Origin: an uncultured cyanobacterium
Lineage (GTDB): Bacteria; Cyanobacteriota; Vampirovibrionia; Gastranaerophilales; Gastranaerophilaceae
Direction: 5' to 3'
Assembly: GCA_945487905.1 (NCBI GenBank)
Contig: CALYTW010000001.1
Coordinates: forward strand, 15,600-79,599
Length of the DNA stretch: 64,000 nucleotides
Shown here: piece by piece, positions 1 through 9,285 of the stretch
Numbering within the stretch: the first letter of the stretch is position 1
Layout of the letters: each line of letters opens with the position of its first letter
Program-made: the position numbers and the translations under genes
Notes under the pieces: model-generated
Databases searched by the model: none
What the model saw: the letters and a program-made list of their open reading frames with translations, nothing else
What the model was told of the DNA's origin: nothing

Positions 1-105
1 TTTCTGCTCAGCTCTGCAATTGTCGCATTCTTCAATATGCTCTTTCAACTTTTCATCGCTTGAAAAAACAAATAGTCCTTCGTATTTTGAACATTTATTA
101 TCCAT
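1..105 (-). CDS. partial CDS (N-terminus only, continues off left edge); putative zf-HC2 anti-sigma-like protein
   Basis: Not in ORF track because it runs off the window. rc of 1-105 reads MDNKCSKYEGLFVFSSDEKLKEHIEECDNCRAEQK. ATG at 103-105 with GAGGT RBS (rc of 111-115). H-x3-C-x2-C motif. Confidence 0.4.
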   Translation of the reverse strand, partial: MDNKCSKYEGLFVFSSDEKLKEHIEECDNCRAEQK

Positions 106-163
106 TTTTTACCTCTTGTAATATTATAACGGATAAGAAATAAAAATGTTCAAAATCTTCTTA

Positions 164-382
164 TTAATCAGTAAGTTTGAAATCCGAACCCAAATCGTTT
201 TCTAAAAAACTTCTAATTTTGGATTGTTTAATACCTCTACCTTCTGAAATTTTCCATAAAGTCGATAGTTTTGCATCACATTTACCATTGCAGATTCTGC
301 TTATTGTACCTCGTCCGATGTCATATTCATTTTCGATTTTATTATATGAATAAGCTTTTTCATAATCAATGGACTTAATCAA
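164..382 (-). CDS. small helix-turn-helix (XRE-like) DNA-binding protein
   Basis: 72-aa ORF with TTG start. Segment YNKIENEYDIGRGTISRICNGKCDAKLSTLWKISEG resembles the HTH_3 pattern (..TISRIxNGK..p.l.tL.kI..). The frame is open a further ~20 codons upstream, so the start is uncertain. Confidence 0.5.
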   Translation of the reverse strand: MIKSIDYEKAYSYNKIENEYDIGRGTISRICNGKCDAKLSTLWKISEGRGIKQSKIRSFLENDLGSDFKLTD

Positions 383-542
383 ATCATTTGTTGCCAGATT
401 GCTGATTTTTCCTGAAATACGGGCTGCGTTATAACGTACTTTTCAGTGAACCCTTTTGTAGTCAAGCCAGCAGATGGCAACTTGCAGTTTATCTTTAATT
501 ATGGAGGTTTCAGACCTATGTTGCCCACCCCTGTGAAACAAC

Positions 543-574
543 AAAAAAAAGACCTTGAGTATATAACCAAGGCC
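543..574 (-). terminator. intrinsic terminator-like hairpin plus U8 (minus strand)
   Basis: On the minus strand GGCCUUG-loop-CAAGGUC (one G:U pair) is followed by eight U (plus-strand A run 543-550). Confidence 0.45.
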
Positions 575-630
575 TGTCCGTTTAAATAAGAAGAGAGAGC
601 TTTATACTTCTATAAAAAATTCGACAAAAA

Positions 631-667
631 AATTTTTGCTGTTTTTTAGTAAAAAACAGCAAAAATT
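631..667 (-). terminator. intrinsic terminator downstream of the decarboxylase gene
   Basis: Perfect hairpin AATTTTTGCTGTTTTTT-AG-TAAAAAACAGCAAAAATT, flanked by an A run and a T run. Confidence 0.6.
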
Positions 668-702
668 TTACAAATATTTACAAAGCAGGTTAAATGCAAT
701 AT

Positions 703-2073
703 TTATAATGTTTTTACTACTTCCAATTCTTTATAATCGTTTAAGTAAGGCAAATGCGCTTCAGTAATAAGTTCGCCCGGGAGCAAAATTGATATACCCG
801 GGGGGCATTCTGCGATTACTTCAGCTGAGATTCTGCCAATGGCATGCTCTTTTGGAATCGTTTCTTTTTCTGAATAATAAGCATCTCTTAGGCTCATTTT
901 GATAATAGGTTCAAGCATGGGCATGTGTTTTCTGTTTTCAAGATAATAGATATCTTTGTGGTCTGCGTTTGCAATTTTTTCCAAAGCATCTGCCAGGTAT
1001 ACAAAGTCAGAACGCTTGTTTCCAAGATTACAAAGTATCAAAACGCCGATATCAGAAGCGGATTCAACCTCTATTCCGAAATCAATTTCCAAAATAGATT
1101 CTAACCTTTTGCCTGAAAGTCCGTCAATTTTTATAAAAACTTTAGTTACGTCAGTCATGTAACCAAATGACGGTTTTAGCTGATGTAGGTTAGGGATATT
1201 ATCAAGCCTTTTTCTCAGGTATTTTGCATTTTTAACGGCTCTGTCAATAAGTTTTTGACCTGATTGAGATTGAAGCACAGCTCTGGATGCATCAAGACTT
1301 CCCAATAATATTAAAGACGGGCTTGTTGTATGAAGCAGTTTGAGTGCTTTTTCAACCGTATCGGGATTGATTTTTGAATTTTTTGCAATATGTAACATAG
1401 AGCTTTGACTCATGCTTCCGCCTGTTTTGTGAAGCGAATGTACAACGGCATCCGCACCGAGCTTAAGCGCTGTTTCCGGTAAATGCGAATTAAAGTTCCA
1501 TAAACATCCGTGTGCTTCATCAACAATCAGAGGCACATTGTATTTTTTACAAACTTCGCTAATGGCTTTTATATCAGATACAACGCCTTCATAAGTAGGA
1601 TTTGTAATCCATACAAGCCCGACGTTATCATTTTCTTTTAATGCTTGTTCAATTTTTGAAACTTCAATATTTCCCCAAACAGACCAGTCCTCAATTCTTG
1701 ATGGACAAACCCACACAGGCTCAGCACCGGAAATCATTAATCCCGTCAGTGCAGAGCGGTGGCAGTTTCTGTTAATAATAACTTTTTGACCTTTTTTTGT
1801 CAAAGCCATACCTATTGCGAGATTGCCTGCGGTAGAACCGTTCAGTAAGAAGAATGTTTTTTCAGCACCGAATGCCTTTGAGGCAAGTTCTTGAGCTTCG
1901 GCAATCGGCCCTGTAGCGGGATGAAGCGTACCGAGATTATCAAATTCATCTGTAGTATCAATGCTTAAAGCTTTTTCGCCGATTAATTTCTTAAACTCTT
2001 TGTATACAGCTTTACCTTTAGTATGTCCGGGAATATGAAACTGGTATGTCGGATTTGCGTATGCAGACTTCAA
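703..2073 (-). CDS. PLP-dependent Orn/Lys/Arg decarboxylase family protein (SpeA/YaaO-like)
   Basis: 456 aa. N-terminus YQFHIPGHTKGK, NGSTAGN, and SLHKTGGSMSQSS (PLP-lysine region) are typical of the OKR_DC_1 major domain. TTG start. Confidence 0.8.
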   Translation of the reverse strand: MKSAYANPTYQFHIPGHTKGKAVYKEFKKLIGEKALSIDTTDEFDNLGTLHPATGPIAEAQELASKAFGAEKTFFLLNGSTAGNLAIGMALTKKGQKVIINRNCHRSALTGLMISGAEPVWVCPSRIEDWSVWGNIEVSKIEQALKENDNVGLVWITNPTYEGVVSDIKAISEVCKKYNVPLIVDEAHGCLWNFNSHLPETALKLGADAVVHSLHKTGGSMSQSSMLHIAKNSKINPDTVEKALKLLHTTSPSLILLGSLDASRAVLQSQSGQKLIDRAVKNAKYLRKRLDNIPNLHQLKPSFGYMTDVTKVFIKIDGLSGKRLESILEIDFGIEVESASDIGVLILCNLGNKRSDFVYLADALEKIANADHKDIYYLENRKHMPMLEPIIKMSLRDAYYSEKETIPKEHAIGRISAEVIAECPPGISILLPGELITEAHLPYLNDYKELEVVKTL

Positions 2074-2255
2074 AGCCTCGACAATCGGGGCTTTTACTTT
2101 TTGTATTTCTTGCCGTTTATTTTTTACTTTGATTTTCCGTAAGGATCCTTTGTCTTATTGATTAGAAATCGATGAACAGCTTTAAAAAATTGTTATGGGA
2201 AAGCAAAAAAAAATATTTACGGGTTTTAGGATAATAGAAGATAGGAAATTAGATA

Positions 2256-2639
2256 ATGAAAACAAGAATTATAGGAAATCGTGACGTATTTTTAAACAAG
2301 TTCTCTGAATACGGACGGAGAAGAAATAAAGTCATAAGACAATTGCAAGACCAAGGTTGTAGTATTATTTATGAGCGTAAAGAAAATTGTAATTCAAGAG
2401 TTTATCTTGGCTATATGAATCAATATGTTCCCAGAGCAAATTATGCTGTAAGGATATGCAGAAATGGTACGGAGCAGTTTAAATACTCTGAGTCAAAATA
2501 CTCTCCCATACCATCTTCGTTAAAATCGTATAAGTTTGTTAAGCAGTATCAGGATGCAAATGGAAATCAACAAAGAAAATTACGCAGTTTAAAAGTACAG
2601 GACGGCAGAATTCTTGAAAACGAAACAACAATATCATAA
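2256..2639 (+). CDS. hypothetical protein
   Basis: 127-aa ORF with ATG, followed by a strong terminator. No family recognised. Confidence 0.5.
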   Translation: MKTRIIGNRDVFLNKFSEYGRRRNKVIRQLQDQGCSIIYERKENCNSRVYLGYMNQYVPRANYAVRICRNGTEQFKYSESKYSPIPSSLKSYKFVKQYQDANGNQQRKLRSLKVQDGRILENETTIS

Positions 2640-2648
2640 ATAGATACC

Positions 2649-2688
2649 AGAGGAAGGAATCTGTGCCTTAGCACAGATTCCTTCCTCT
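2649..2688 (+). terminator. intrinsic terminator
   Basis: AGAGGAAGGAATCTGTGC-CTTA-GCACAGATTCCTTCCTCT, an 18-bp perfect stem followed by a T-rich tail. Confidence 0.75.
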
Positions 2689-2751
2689 GTATTGATTTTT
2701 AGTGTAAATAGTACTATAATTCTTTCATCACAAATTAGAGAGAGAGTATTT

Positions 2752-4221
2752 ATGAGCAAGAAAATGAAGATATTATTTGCTTCTGCCGAAGTTGCACCGT
2801 TTTCAAAAGCAGGCGGATTATCCGATGTCGTTGGAAGTTTGCCCAAAATACTTGAAAAAGATGCGGAAATAGCTATTTTTACACCTCTGCATGGCTGTAT
2901 TGATAAAGAAAAATGGAAAATTAAAGAGCTTGAAAACTCTGATATGTGGCTTGGTTTTGGGAATATTCAGCATAAGTTTAAACTATTTATGACCAAGCTT
3001 CCTGATACGGATATAAACGTATTTTTTGTTCAAAACGACTGGTATTTTTCTTGTTTTCAGGACGTTTATCCAAAGTGGCTTGATACAAGATATGAACACG
3101 AAAGATATGTTACGTTTTCACTTGCCGTTTTGGAATATGCTAAAGCATTAAACTTTAGAGCCGATATTATTCACTCAAATGATTGGCATACGGCAATGAT
3201 ACCTTTGTATATAAAGGCAAACTATAAGTTTGATGAATTCTGGTCAAGAGCCAAAAATGTTTTTGAAATTCATAATCTTGCATATCAGGGAGTTTGGTTT
3301 GACGATATTCTTGATTTTGCGAATATGAGAAAAGACATTGTATATAACGAATGGGGATGTGAACACTATGGCCGTGTAAATTGGATGAAGGGGGCAATAA
3401 ATTATTCGGATAAAATTGTAACAGTTTCTCCCAAATATGCGGAAGAAATTCTCGGGGGCGAATTTGGCGAAGGTATGGATTACACTCTTAGAGGACATAC
3501 CGATAAATTAATCGGAATTGTTAACGGTATTGATTATGACGTATTTAATCCGAAAACCGACAAAAATCTTGTTAAAAATTATTCATTAAAAGATTTAAAA
3601 TTAAATAAAATATTTACCCCAAAAGAAGAAAACAAAAAAGCAATTTTAAAAGAGTTCGGTTTGAAATACAATCCGGAAAGACCTTTGATAGCTATGATTT
3701 CAAGACTCGTTAATCAAAAAGGATTAGATTTAATACGAGATGCGGAAGGTCAATTGCAAAATCTTGATGCAGACTTTATATTCTTAGGTTCAGGAGATAA
3801 TGACTACGAAAATCTGTTTATTTGGCTTTCAAACAATACAAAAAATATACGAGCATATGTAGGGTATAGCGGATCTTTAGCAAACAAAATATATGCCGGT
3901 GCAGATTTCTTCCTAATGCCTTCGAAATTTGAACCGTGCGGGCTTTCTCAGCTTATAGCAATGAGATATGGCACATTGCCGATAGTAAGAGCGACAGGCG
4001 GGCTTGAAAATACTGTTATCGGATATCCTTTGGATAATTCAAACGGATTTAAGTTCTGGGGATGCGATTGTTATTCAATGCTGGATGCAATCAACGGTGC
4101 TGTTCAGCTATACAAAGATAAATATACTCTGAATGCAATGCGTAAAAGCGCAATGAAAGCAGATTTTAGCTGGAAAGAAAGTGCAAAGAAATATTTGGAG
4201 ATGTACAAATCTTTATTGTAG
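2752..4221 (+). CDS. glgA: glycogen synthase (ADP-glucose type)
   Basis: MKILFASAEVAPFSKAGGLSDVVGSLP is the canonical GlgA N-terminus; also FLMPSKFEPCGLSQL and GGLENTV. ATG at 2752 preferred over the upstream TTG at 2692 in the ORF track. Confidence 0.9.
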   Translation: MSKKMKILFASAEVAPFSKAGGLSDVVGSLPKILEKDAEIAIFTPLHGCIDKEKWKIKELENSDMWLGFGNIQHKFKLFMTKLPDTDINVFFVQNDWYFSCFQDVYPKWLDTRYEHERYVTFSLAVLEYAKALNFRADIIHSNDWHTAMIPLYIKANYKFDEFWSRAKNVFEIHNLAYQGVWFDDILDFANMRKDIVYNEWGCEHYGRVNWMKGAINYSDKIVTVSPKYAEEILGGEFGEGMDYTLRGHTDKLIGIVNGIDYDVFNPKTDKNLVKNYSLKDLKLNKIFTPKEENKKAILKEFGLKYNPERPLIAMISRLVNQKGLDLIRDAEGQLQNLDADFIFLGSGDNDYENLFIWLSNNTKNIRAYVGYSGSLANKIYAGADFFLMPSKFEPCGLSQLIAMRYGTLPIVRATGGLENTVIGYPLDNSNGFKFWGCDCYSMLDAINGAVQLYKDKYTLNAMRKSAMKADFSWKESAKKYLEMYKSLL

Positions 4222-5220
4222 GTTGCCTTCCATCATTTGCAATCCGATTATGGCTGTTTGTGCAACCATTTTGTCTTTGTCTGTTCCGACAATCTTAAAT
4301 ATTGCGCTGATTTCATCTTTGTATTCAGGTCTGTTAATATAAAGCAAAGTTTCCAGGGCTGTAATTTTTAATGATGAATTTTCACTTTTTCTTAAAATAT
4401 CAACAATATCTGAAACACCAGGTAAATCTGTTAAAGGAACGACGTTTCCTGTCTCTTTTTCAAAATCATCAGCATAAATTTTCGCCAGAGATGCAACTGT
4501 GTAAATAGCGTATTTTTTATTTCTTTCCGCCATTTCGAGAGGATTTAATTTATCCGCTTTTTGATAATCGTCTTCTGTCAATTCAAACGGAAGTTTTACT
4601 TCTTCAGGGTTTTTATTCTCCGCAAGCTGCTGTTCTTTTAGTATTTCATTTATAATAATTTTTTTTCTGATTTCTATTTGAGCTTCATCCGGCCCTTGTA
4701 AAGTTGAAGTATCTTTGTTTAAAATGCTGATTAGAGCGGAAATAACCGGTGTTGTAATGTATGGTTTAGCATTTTCTTCATCGTTCAAAGCCAAAGCCAC
4801 AATTTCTTTCATCTGTTTTGCCTGTGTATCAAAATTATCCGATTCCAGCGCACTAACCACACTATTAATGTCAACCGATTGCTTTAAATCAGCGGGCGGT
4901 ATGATTTCCGGTTTTGAGGACTTAAAGTTTACCCCATGGAAAGCAAGATTTTTTTCTGCTTCAGGGTTTGTTACAACAGGTTTTGGAACGGAAACATTAG
5001 CAGGCGCTATCTGACTGTATGTAACAACTTCTTGGCTTACCGGATATGAATAAATCGGCCTTTTATGATGAGCCGGTTCGCAAATTTCAATATTAACTCC
5101 GTTATATTCGCCTCTGTCGGCATCTTTCATACCTGCAATTGTGTTTTGGGGTGTTTCTATTTTTATTTTAACAGCATTATAAACTGCTTGATTTTGATTA
5201 ACCGGTAAAACTTGAGGCAT
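4213..5220 (-). CDS. hypothetical protein, C-terminal helical (HEAT/ARM-like?) region
   Basis: 335-aa ORF. Pro-rich N-terminal half and helical repeat-like C-terminal half. Its 3' end overlaps the glgA 3' end by 9 nt (convergent). Confidence 0.55.
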   Translation of the reverse strand: MPQVLPVNQNQAVYNAVKIKIETPQNTIAGMKDADRGEYNGVNIEICEPAHHKRPIYSYPVSQEVVTYSQIAPANVSVPKPVVTNPEAEKNLAFHGVNFKSSKPEIIPPADLKQSVDINSVVSALESDNFDTQAKQMKEIVALALNDEENAKPYITTPVISALISILNKDTSTLQGPDEAQIEIRKKIIINEILKEQQLAENKNPEEVKLPFELTEDDYQKADKLNPLEMAERNKKYAIYTVASLAKIYADDFEKETGNVVPLTDLPGVSDIVDILRKSENSSLKITALETLLYINRPEYKDEISAIFKIVGTDKDKMVAQTAIIGLQMMEGNLQ

Positions 5221-5422
5221 AAAGATTCCTTTCAGACTATACTGCTATAAGTCTTGTAAAGCTAAAAAATTGACAAATTTAACAATAGTTTTAACAAATT
5301 GTTACAAAATGAGGATGCGGAAAAAGTCGAGGGACAAATGTAAATCAGATTGTACTTAATACTACAAGTTTGGAAGTAAATAGGAAAACAATTTTTCGAC
5401 TTTTTCAAATCCAACCCAAATC

Positions 5423-6025
5423 TTACACAGCGTTAATTACATCAAGCCCTTTAAATTCAAATATTTTTTCTGTTTGAGAATTTAATTTTTTTTCTGCAAG
5501 AATAGTTCCTGCAATTGCTTCCAACTGAGCGGCGGGAACCATATTGGCAGGTAATTCTTCAATTCCCCATTCATTTTTTAATGCATTTTGTAAAAACTTG
5601 CAGTCTGCCGAGGAATGTTCTTTGTAGTTTGAGTATAAATTTAGCTTTTGTCTTGTAAGATATATTTCAAATCTGTATATTTCGGTACATTTTTTCGAAA
5701 GTTCAAGTAACAATTCAGAGCCTCTGGTTGCAAATCTCTGCATCCAATTGTCTTTGTTCGGGAAATTTCCGTGCTCATGTATCAATTGATACGGTTTGGA
5801 TAAAATGCGCCATTTGCCTTCCAGCATAGTATTATCCCAAGGTAAAGAAACGCAGATGATAGAATTCTTCAGATTATTATAATTCTCAAAGAATAAACCG
5901 ATGTCATTCATTGAAAAAAGCTTATCCATATATATAATTTTGCCTGTTGAAATTTCACGAACTGCGACACCGCTTTCTACTGAAGAATTTGGAGCGAGTG
6001 AAAGCCCTACGGAATGTGTTATCAT
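5423..6025 (-). CDS. hypothetical protein translationally coupled to motB
   Basis: 200-aa ORF. Its ATG overlaps the motB stop (ATGA at 6022-6025). N-terminal VGLSLAP..SGVAV and C-terminal LEAIAGTILA faintly resemble RNase H-fold (DUF429-like) proteins, but this is weak. Confidence 0.6.
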   Translation of the reverse strand: MITHSVGLSLAPNSSVESGVAVREISTGKIIYMDKLFSMNDIGLFFENYNNLKNSIICVSLPWDNTMLEGKWRILSKPYQLIHEHGNFPNKDNWMQRFATRGSELLLELSKKCTEIYRFEIYLTRQKLNLYSNYKEHSSADCKFLQNALKNEWGIEELPANMVPAAQLEAIAGTILAEKKLNSQTEKIFEFKGLDVINAV

Positions 6026-7092
6026 AGCCCGAAATCCTCGTCTGTCGGAAGGTTTGAGTTCAACTTAATTACCTGATTTTCTACCTTGGGCATATCGTCA
6101 TCTTGTGCATTGGATTCTTTTTCGATATTGACATATAATTCCATGTTTTTCTTGGATAATTTTTCGCTCTTTTGTTTGGCAATACGCCTTTTATTATCTT
6201 CAAGCAGTTGTTTTGCAGCAGGAGAAATAGAATCCCCTTCGACAGTTTTAATAATTTTTTCCCGTTGTTTCTGTATTTCTTCCTGCTGTGCTTTGGTAAG
6301 GCTTAATGTTAAATCGTGTGTCGAACCGAATTGAGACTTATACTTGTTTTTCAAGATTAATATTTCAACCCTTCTATTTGCCGGATCTTTAGGCGATATT
6401 GCACCTTCCACCGGTCTTGTATCAGCATATCCAGTCGCAGAGAATAATGACGGCGAGAATTGGAATCTCTGGATTAAATATCTGACAACGGAACATGCTC
6501 TTGCGCCTGACAATTCCCAGTTAGACGGATATTGAGTCCCTCTGATTGTAAGGCTGTCTGTATGACCTTCAATAATCATGTCGTGCAGTACAAATTTTTT
6601 GCATATTAAAATACCGACTTTATCAAGCAGTTTTCTTGCATTGCTGTCTAAATAAGCAGAACCTGTAGCAAATAAATATTTGTCATCAAAAGTTATCAGC
6701 AAACCTTTATCAGTTATCTTAGAGCTGATACCCGAAAGCTCGCCCATACCCCTCAGGTCTTTTATTTCTCTTTCAATTTCCTTGAATGAGTCATCTTCAT
6801 ATTTTTGACTTATATATTCAACCATTAATGACGGAATGAATGAATTTGCTTGCTGTTGCTGGTCAAATATGGAGTTGCTTCCATCAAGTACGCTGGTTTG
6901 TCCTTCAAGCAAGGTATTTTGATTAAATGCATTTTTAAGCGATTCTTCAAGCTTTGCAAAATCCGTTGCATCAATTTGAGCAAGGGCATACAAAACAACG
7001 AAAGTTGCGAACAAAAGCGTTATAAAGTCCCCGTATGAAACGAGCCATCTTTCAAGGTTTTCATGTTCTTCGTGTTTTTGTTTTTTAGCCAT
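6022..7092 (-). CDS. motB: flagellar stator protein MotB (OmpA-like peptidoglycan-binding domain) with charged C-terminal extension
   Basis: MAKKQKHEEHENLERWLVSYGDFITLLFATFVVLYAL (conserved Asp in YGD); OmpA-like SNWELSGARA...NRRVEILI. ATG at 7090-7092 overlaps the motA stop (ATGGCTAA); preferred over the track start at 7149. Confidence 0.85.
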   Translation of the reverse strand: MAKKQKHEEHENLERWLVSYGDFITLLFATFVVLYALAQIDATDFAKLEESLKNAFNQNTLLEGQTSVLDGSNSIFDQQQQANSFIPSLMVEYISQKYEDDSFKEIEREIKDLRGMGELSGISSKITDKGLLITFDDKYLFATGSAYLDSNARKLLDKVGILICKKFVLHDMIIEGHTDSLTIRGTQYPSNWELSGARACSVVRYLIQRFQFSPSLFSATGYADTRPVEGAISPKDPANRRVEILILKNKYKSQFGSTHDLTLSLTKAQQEEIQKQREKIIKTVEGDSISPAAKQLLEDNKRRIAKQKSEKLSKKNMELYVNIEKESNAQDDDMPKVENQVIKLNSNLPTDEDFGL

Positions 7093-7858
7093 TTGCCACG
7101 CTTCCGGCAGGTGTATCATCCAATATAAATGAACGAAGTTTTCTTTCAATCAATACCGGGCTTTCTCCTGCTTGAATAGAAAGAACACCCTCCATAATTA
7201 TATTTTTGTATAAGAATACACCCTGATATATAAATTTAATTCTTGTACCGAGAGGAATCATAACCAAATTTGCTGCAAACAGACCGTAAATTGTGGCAAC
7301 GAAAGCAACTGCAATACCCGCTCCGAGTTTTGACGGATCGGAAAGGTTCTGCATAACCTGAATTAAGCCCATAACTGCACCTATAATACCGAGTGTAGGG
7401 GAATACCCGCCGAAGGATTCGAATACTTTTGCTGCACTGTTAACTCTGGCTTCAAGAGCTTCTATCTGGTTTTCCATCATTGCACGAACAAGAGTCGGGT
7501 CGGTACCGTCTGCTACTGCACCGAGACCCAATGTTAACAAGGAATCCGATGCATTATTTGCCTCTTTTTCCAGAGCGATTATACCTTCTTTTCTTGCTTT
7601 TGTTGCAAACCCGCCGATTTCTGTTATTAGAGCCTGATAGTCGCTTTTAGGCGGGAAAAATACATTTTTTAACATTGATATGGCAAGTTTTATTACAGGA
7701 GCAGGAAAGCTTAAGACAATTGCACCGGTTGTACCTCCAAGGACGATAAACGCAGCTGTTATTTGTAGAAGTTGTCCTATATTACCGCCTTCCATTGCTT
7801 GACCTAAGAGGATTAGACCAATTCCCAGAAACATACCTACTACTGCAAATATATCCAT
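7085..7858 (-). CDS. motA: flagellar stator protein MotA/PomA
   Basis: 257 aa. Aligns end to end by eye with PomA/MotA (MDIF..LGG; ARKEGIIALE; PTLGIIGAVMGLI; IAVAFVATIYG; MEGVLSIQAGESP). Confidence 0.9.
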   Translation of the reverse strand: MDIFAVVGMFLGIGLILLGQAMEGGNIGQLLQITAAFIVLGGTTGAIVLSFPAPVIKLAISMLKNVFFPPKSDYQALITEIGGFATKARKEGIIALEKEANNASDSLLTLGLGAVADGTDPTLVRAMMENQIEALEARVNSAAKVFESFGGYSPTLGIIGAVMGLIQVMQNLSDPSKLGAGIAVAFVATIYGLFAANLVMIPLGTRIKFIYQGVFLYKNIIMEGVLSIQAGESPVLIERKLRSFILDDTPAGSVANG

Positions 7859-8026
7859 AATTATCTCCGATTCTATACTATTCTATGCTCATTAAACAAC
7901 ATTATAAGCAGTTTTAAATCCTTTAAATACAGTATTATTAAGGAAATAGTTTACATACTTAATAAAAAAGGCAATTTTTGGAAAGAAAAATACTTATATA
8001 ATATAGAGGATTTTAAAGGATATTTT

Positions 8027-8563
8027 ATGACTTCGCCAAGAGTAAGCTTATTACAAAACCCTACATATAAATATGCACAAGCCTGCTATGGTTCATCTGA
8101 ACAATGGAATACGTTTAGGATTTCTTCTAAAACAAGTTTTGGAGGAACGCTTAGTGCAGATTCGGGTGTTGTTGTAACAACTGAGCCAACGAAGTACGGC
8201 ATGGAAAGAACATCTGAACCTGCATTTGAAGTTAAATATAAACAAGATTTTGGAAAAGCAGATGTGTTAGGTACAGATATAGAATTTCATGCTTATATGC
8301 GTTACAGGAATGTTAACATAGATAAAAATCAACTGAGGCTGGCAGCAGGCGGGAGTATACCGTTAAATGATAATCTTTCAATATACGCAGATGCACATTA
8401 TACAACAAATCTTGAAGGCAATAATAAAATCGGCTGTTGGATAGGAGCTGACTATAAAGTAAACGATAAAGTATCAGTATGGGTTGAACCTGTGCAATAC
8501 AACCATACTCTCGGAGGCGGAAATGCCGGTATGTCAAACTTCGGAGTATCAATAAATTTTTAA
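8027..8563 (+). CDS. hypothetical beta-rich protein, possible small outer-membrane beta-barrel
   Basis: 178 aa. Alternating hydrophobic pattern and a C-terminal ...NFGVSINF ending in Phe (OMP-like signature). No obvious signal peptide from the annotated ATG. Confidence 0.5.
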   Translation: MTSPRVSLLQNPTYKYAQACYGSSEQWNTFRISSKTSFGGTLSADSGVVVTTEPTKYGMERTSEPAFEVKYKQDFGKADVLGTDIEFHAYMRYRNVNIDKNQLRLAAGGSIPLNDNLSIYADAHYTTNLEGNNKIGCWIGADYKVNDKVSVWVEPVQYNHTLGGGNAGMSNFGVSINF

Positions 8564-8594
8564 AAAGATAGTTAGTGATGTAAGGTAAAAAATT

Positions 8595-8627
8595 GGGCGT
8601 AAGTTTTAATTCCGCCCTTTTCTTTTT
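8595..8627 (+). terminator. intrinsic terminator-like hairpin
   Basis: GGGCG-13 nt loop-CGCCC followed by TTTTCTTTTT. Confidence 0.45.
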
Positions 8628-8633
8628 ATAAAT

Positions 8634-9098
8634 TTAACCTAAATCCGATGTGCAATGCGGACATTTTTTAGCATTTATAGGAATTGATGTACAGCAGAAC
8701 GGACATTCTTTTTCTGTTGCGGCAACTTCTTCTTTTTCTTCTTTGCATGCCTTATTCTTGATTGTGTTTACTGCCTTTATAATTGCAAAAATTGCACAAG
8801 CTACGATTAAAAAGCTTATTACGGTATTAATAAACAAACCATAGTTAATCGTTACTGCACCGGCAGCGGCTGCTGCATCAAGTGAATCATATTTTTCTCC
8901 AAGCGGAAATAATGTTACATAAAGGTTTGAAAAATCAACTTTTCCAAGAATGAAACCAATAGGAGGCATAATAATATCTTTTACAAGAGAATCAACAATC
9001 TTTCCGAATGCTGCACCGATAATGATACCTACGGCCATGTCCATAACATTTCCACGCAAAATAAAATCACGCAGTTCTTTTCCTAAATTTTTACACAT
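8634..9098 (-). CDS. mscL: large-conductance mechanosensitive channel MscL with C-terminal zinc-ribbon tail
   Basis: [40 protein letters not shown] is canonical MscL. C-terminus is [21 protein letters not shown] at 9096-9098 with GGAG RBS preferred over the track start at 9152. Confidence 0.9.
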   Translation of the reverse strand: MCKNLGKELRDFILRGNVMDMAVGIIIGAAFGKIVDSLVKDIIMPPIGFILGKVDFSNLYVTLFPLGEKYDSLDAAAAAGAVTINYGLFINTVISFLIVACAIFAIIKAVNTIKNKACKEEKEEVAATEKECPFCCTSIPINAKKCPHCTSDLG

Positions 9099-9285
9099 AT
9101 TAAAACTCCTTTTCTTCTCTATAAGGCTATCAAAAAATATGGGTTTTGACAATAATTGTATAGTGCAGTTCTTGTATCAGCCTCTGCTGAAATCTCGAAA
9201 ATAATATTTTGTTTGATATGGACAATTATAACACAGATTCTCACTCTACTTGTTTATCAAATATCATAGTTGTACAATATTATTT

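Noticed and set aside
498-590. Possible 22-codon plus-strand ORF (MLPTPVKQQKKDLEYITKACPFK) with an upstream GGAGG
   Set aside because: It is too short, has no supporting features, and overlaps a minus-strand terminator hairpin. It cannot be supported from sequence alone.
5423-7858. Zorya-type defence system (MotAB homologs plus effector)
   Set aside because: MotA here is 257 aa and aligns end to end with PomA/MotA, with no long ZorA-like coiled-coil tail. No ZorC/D/E-like helicase or HNH gene follows. It is kept only as a low-key linkage observation.
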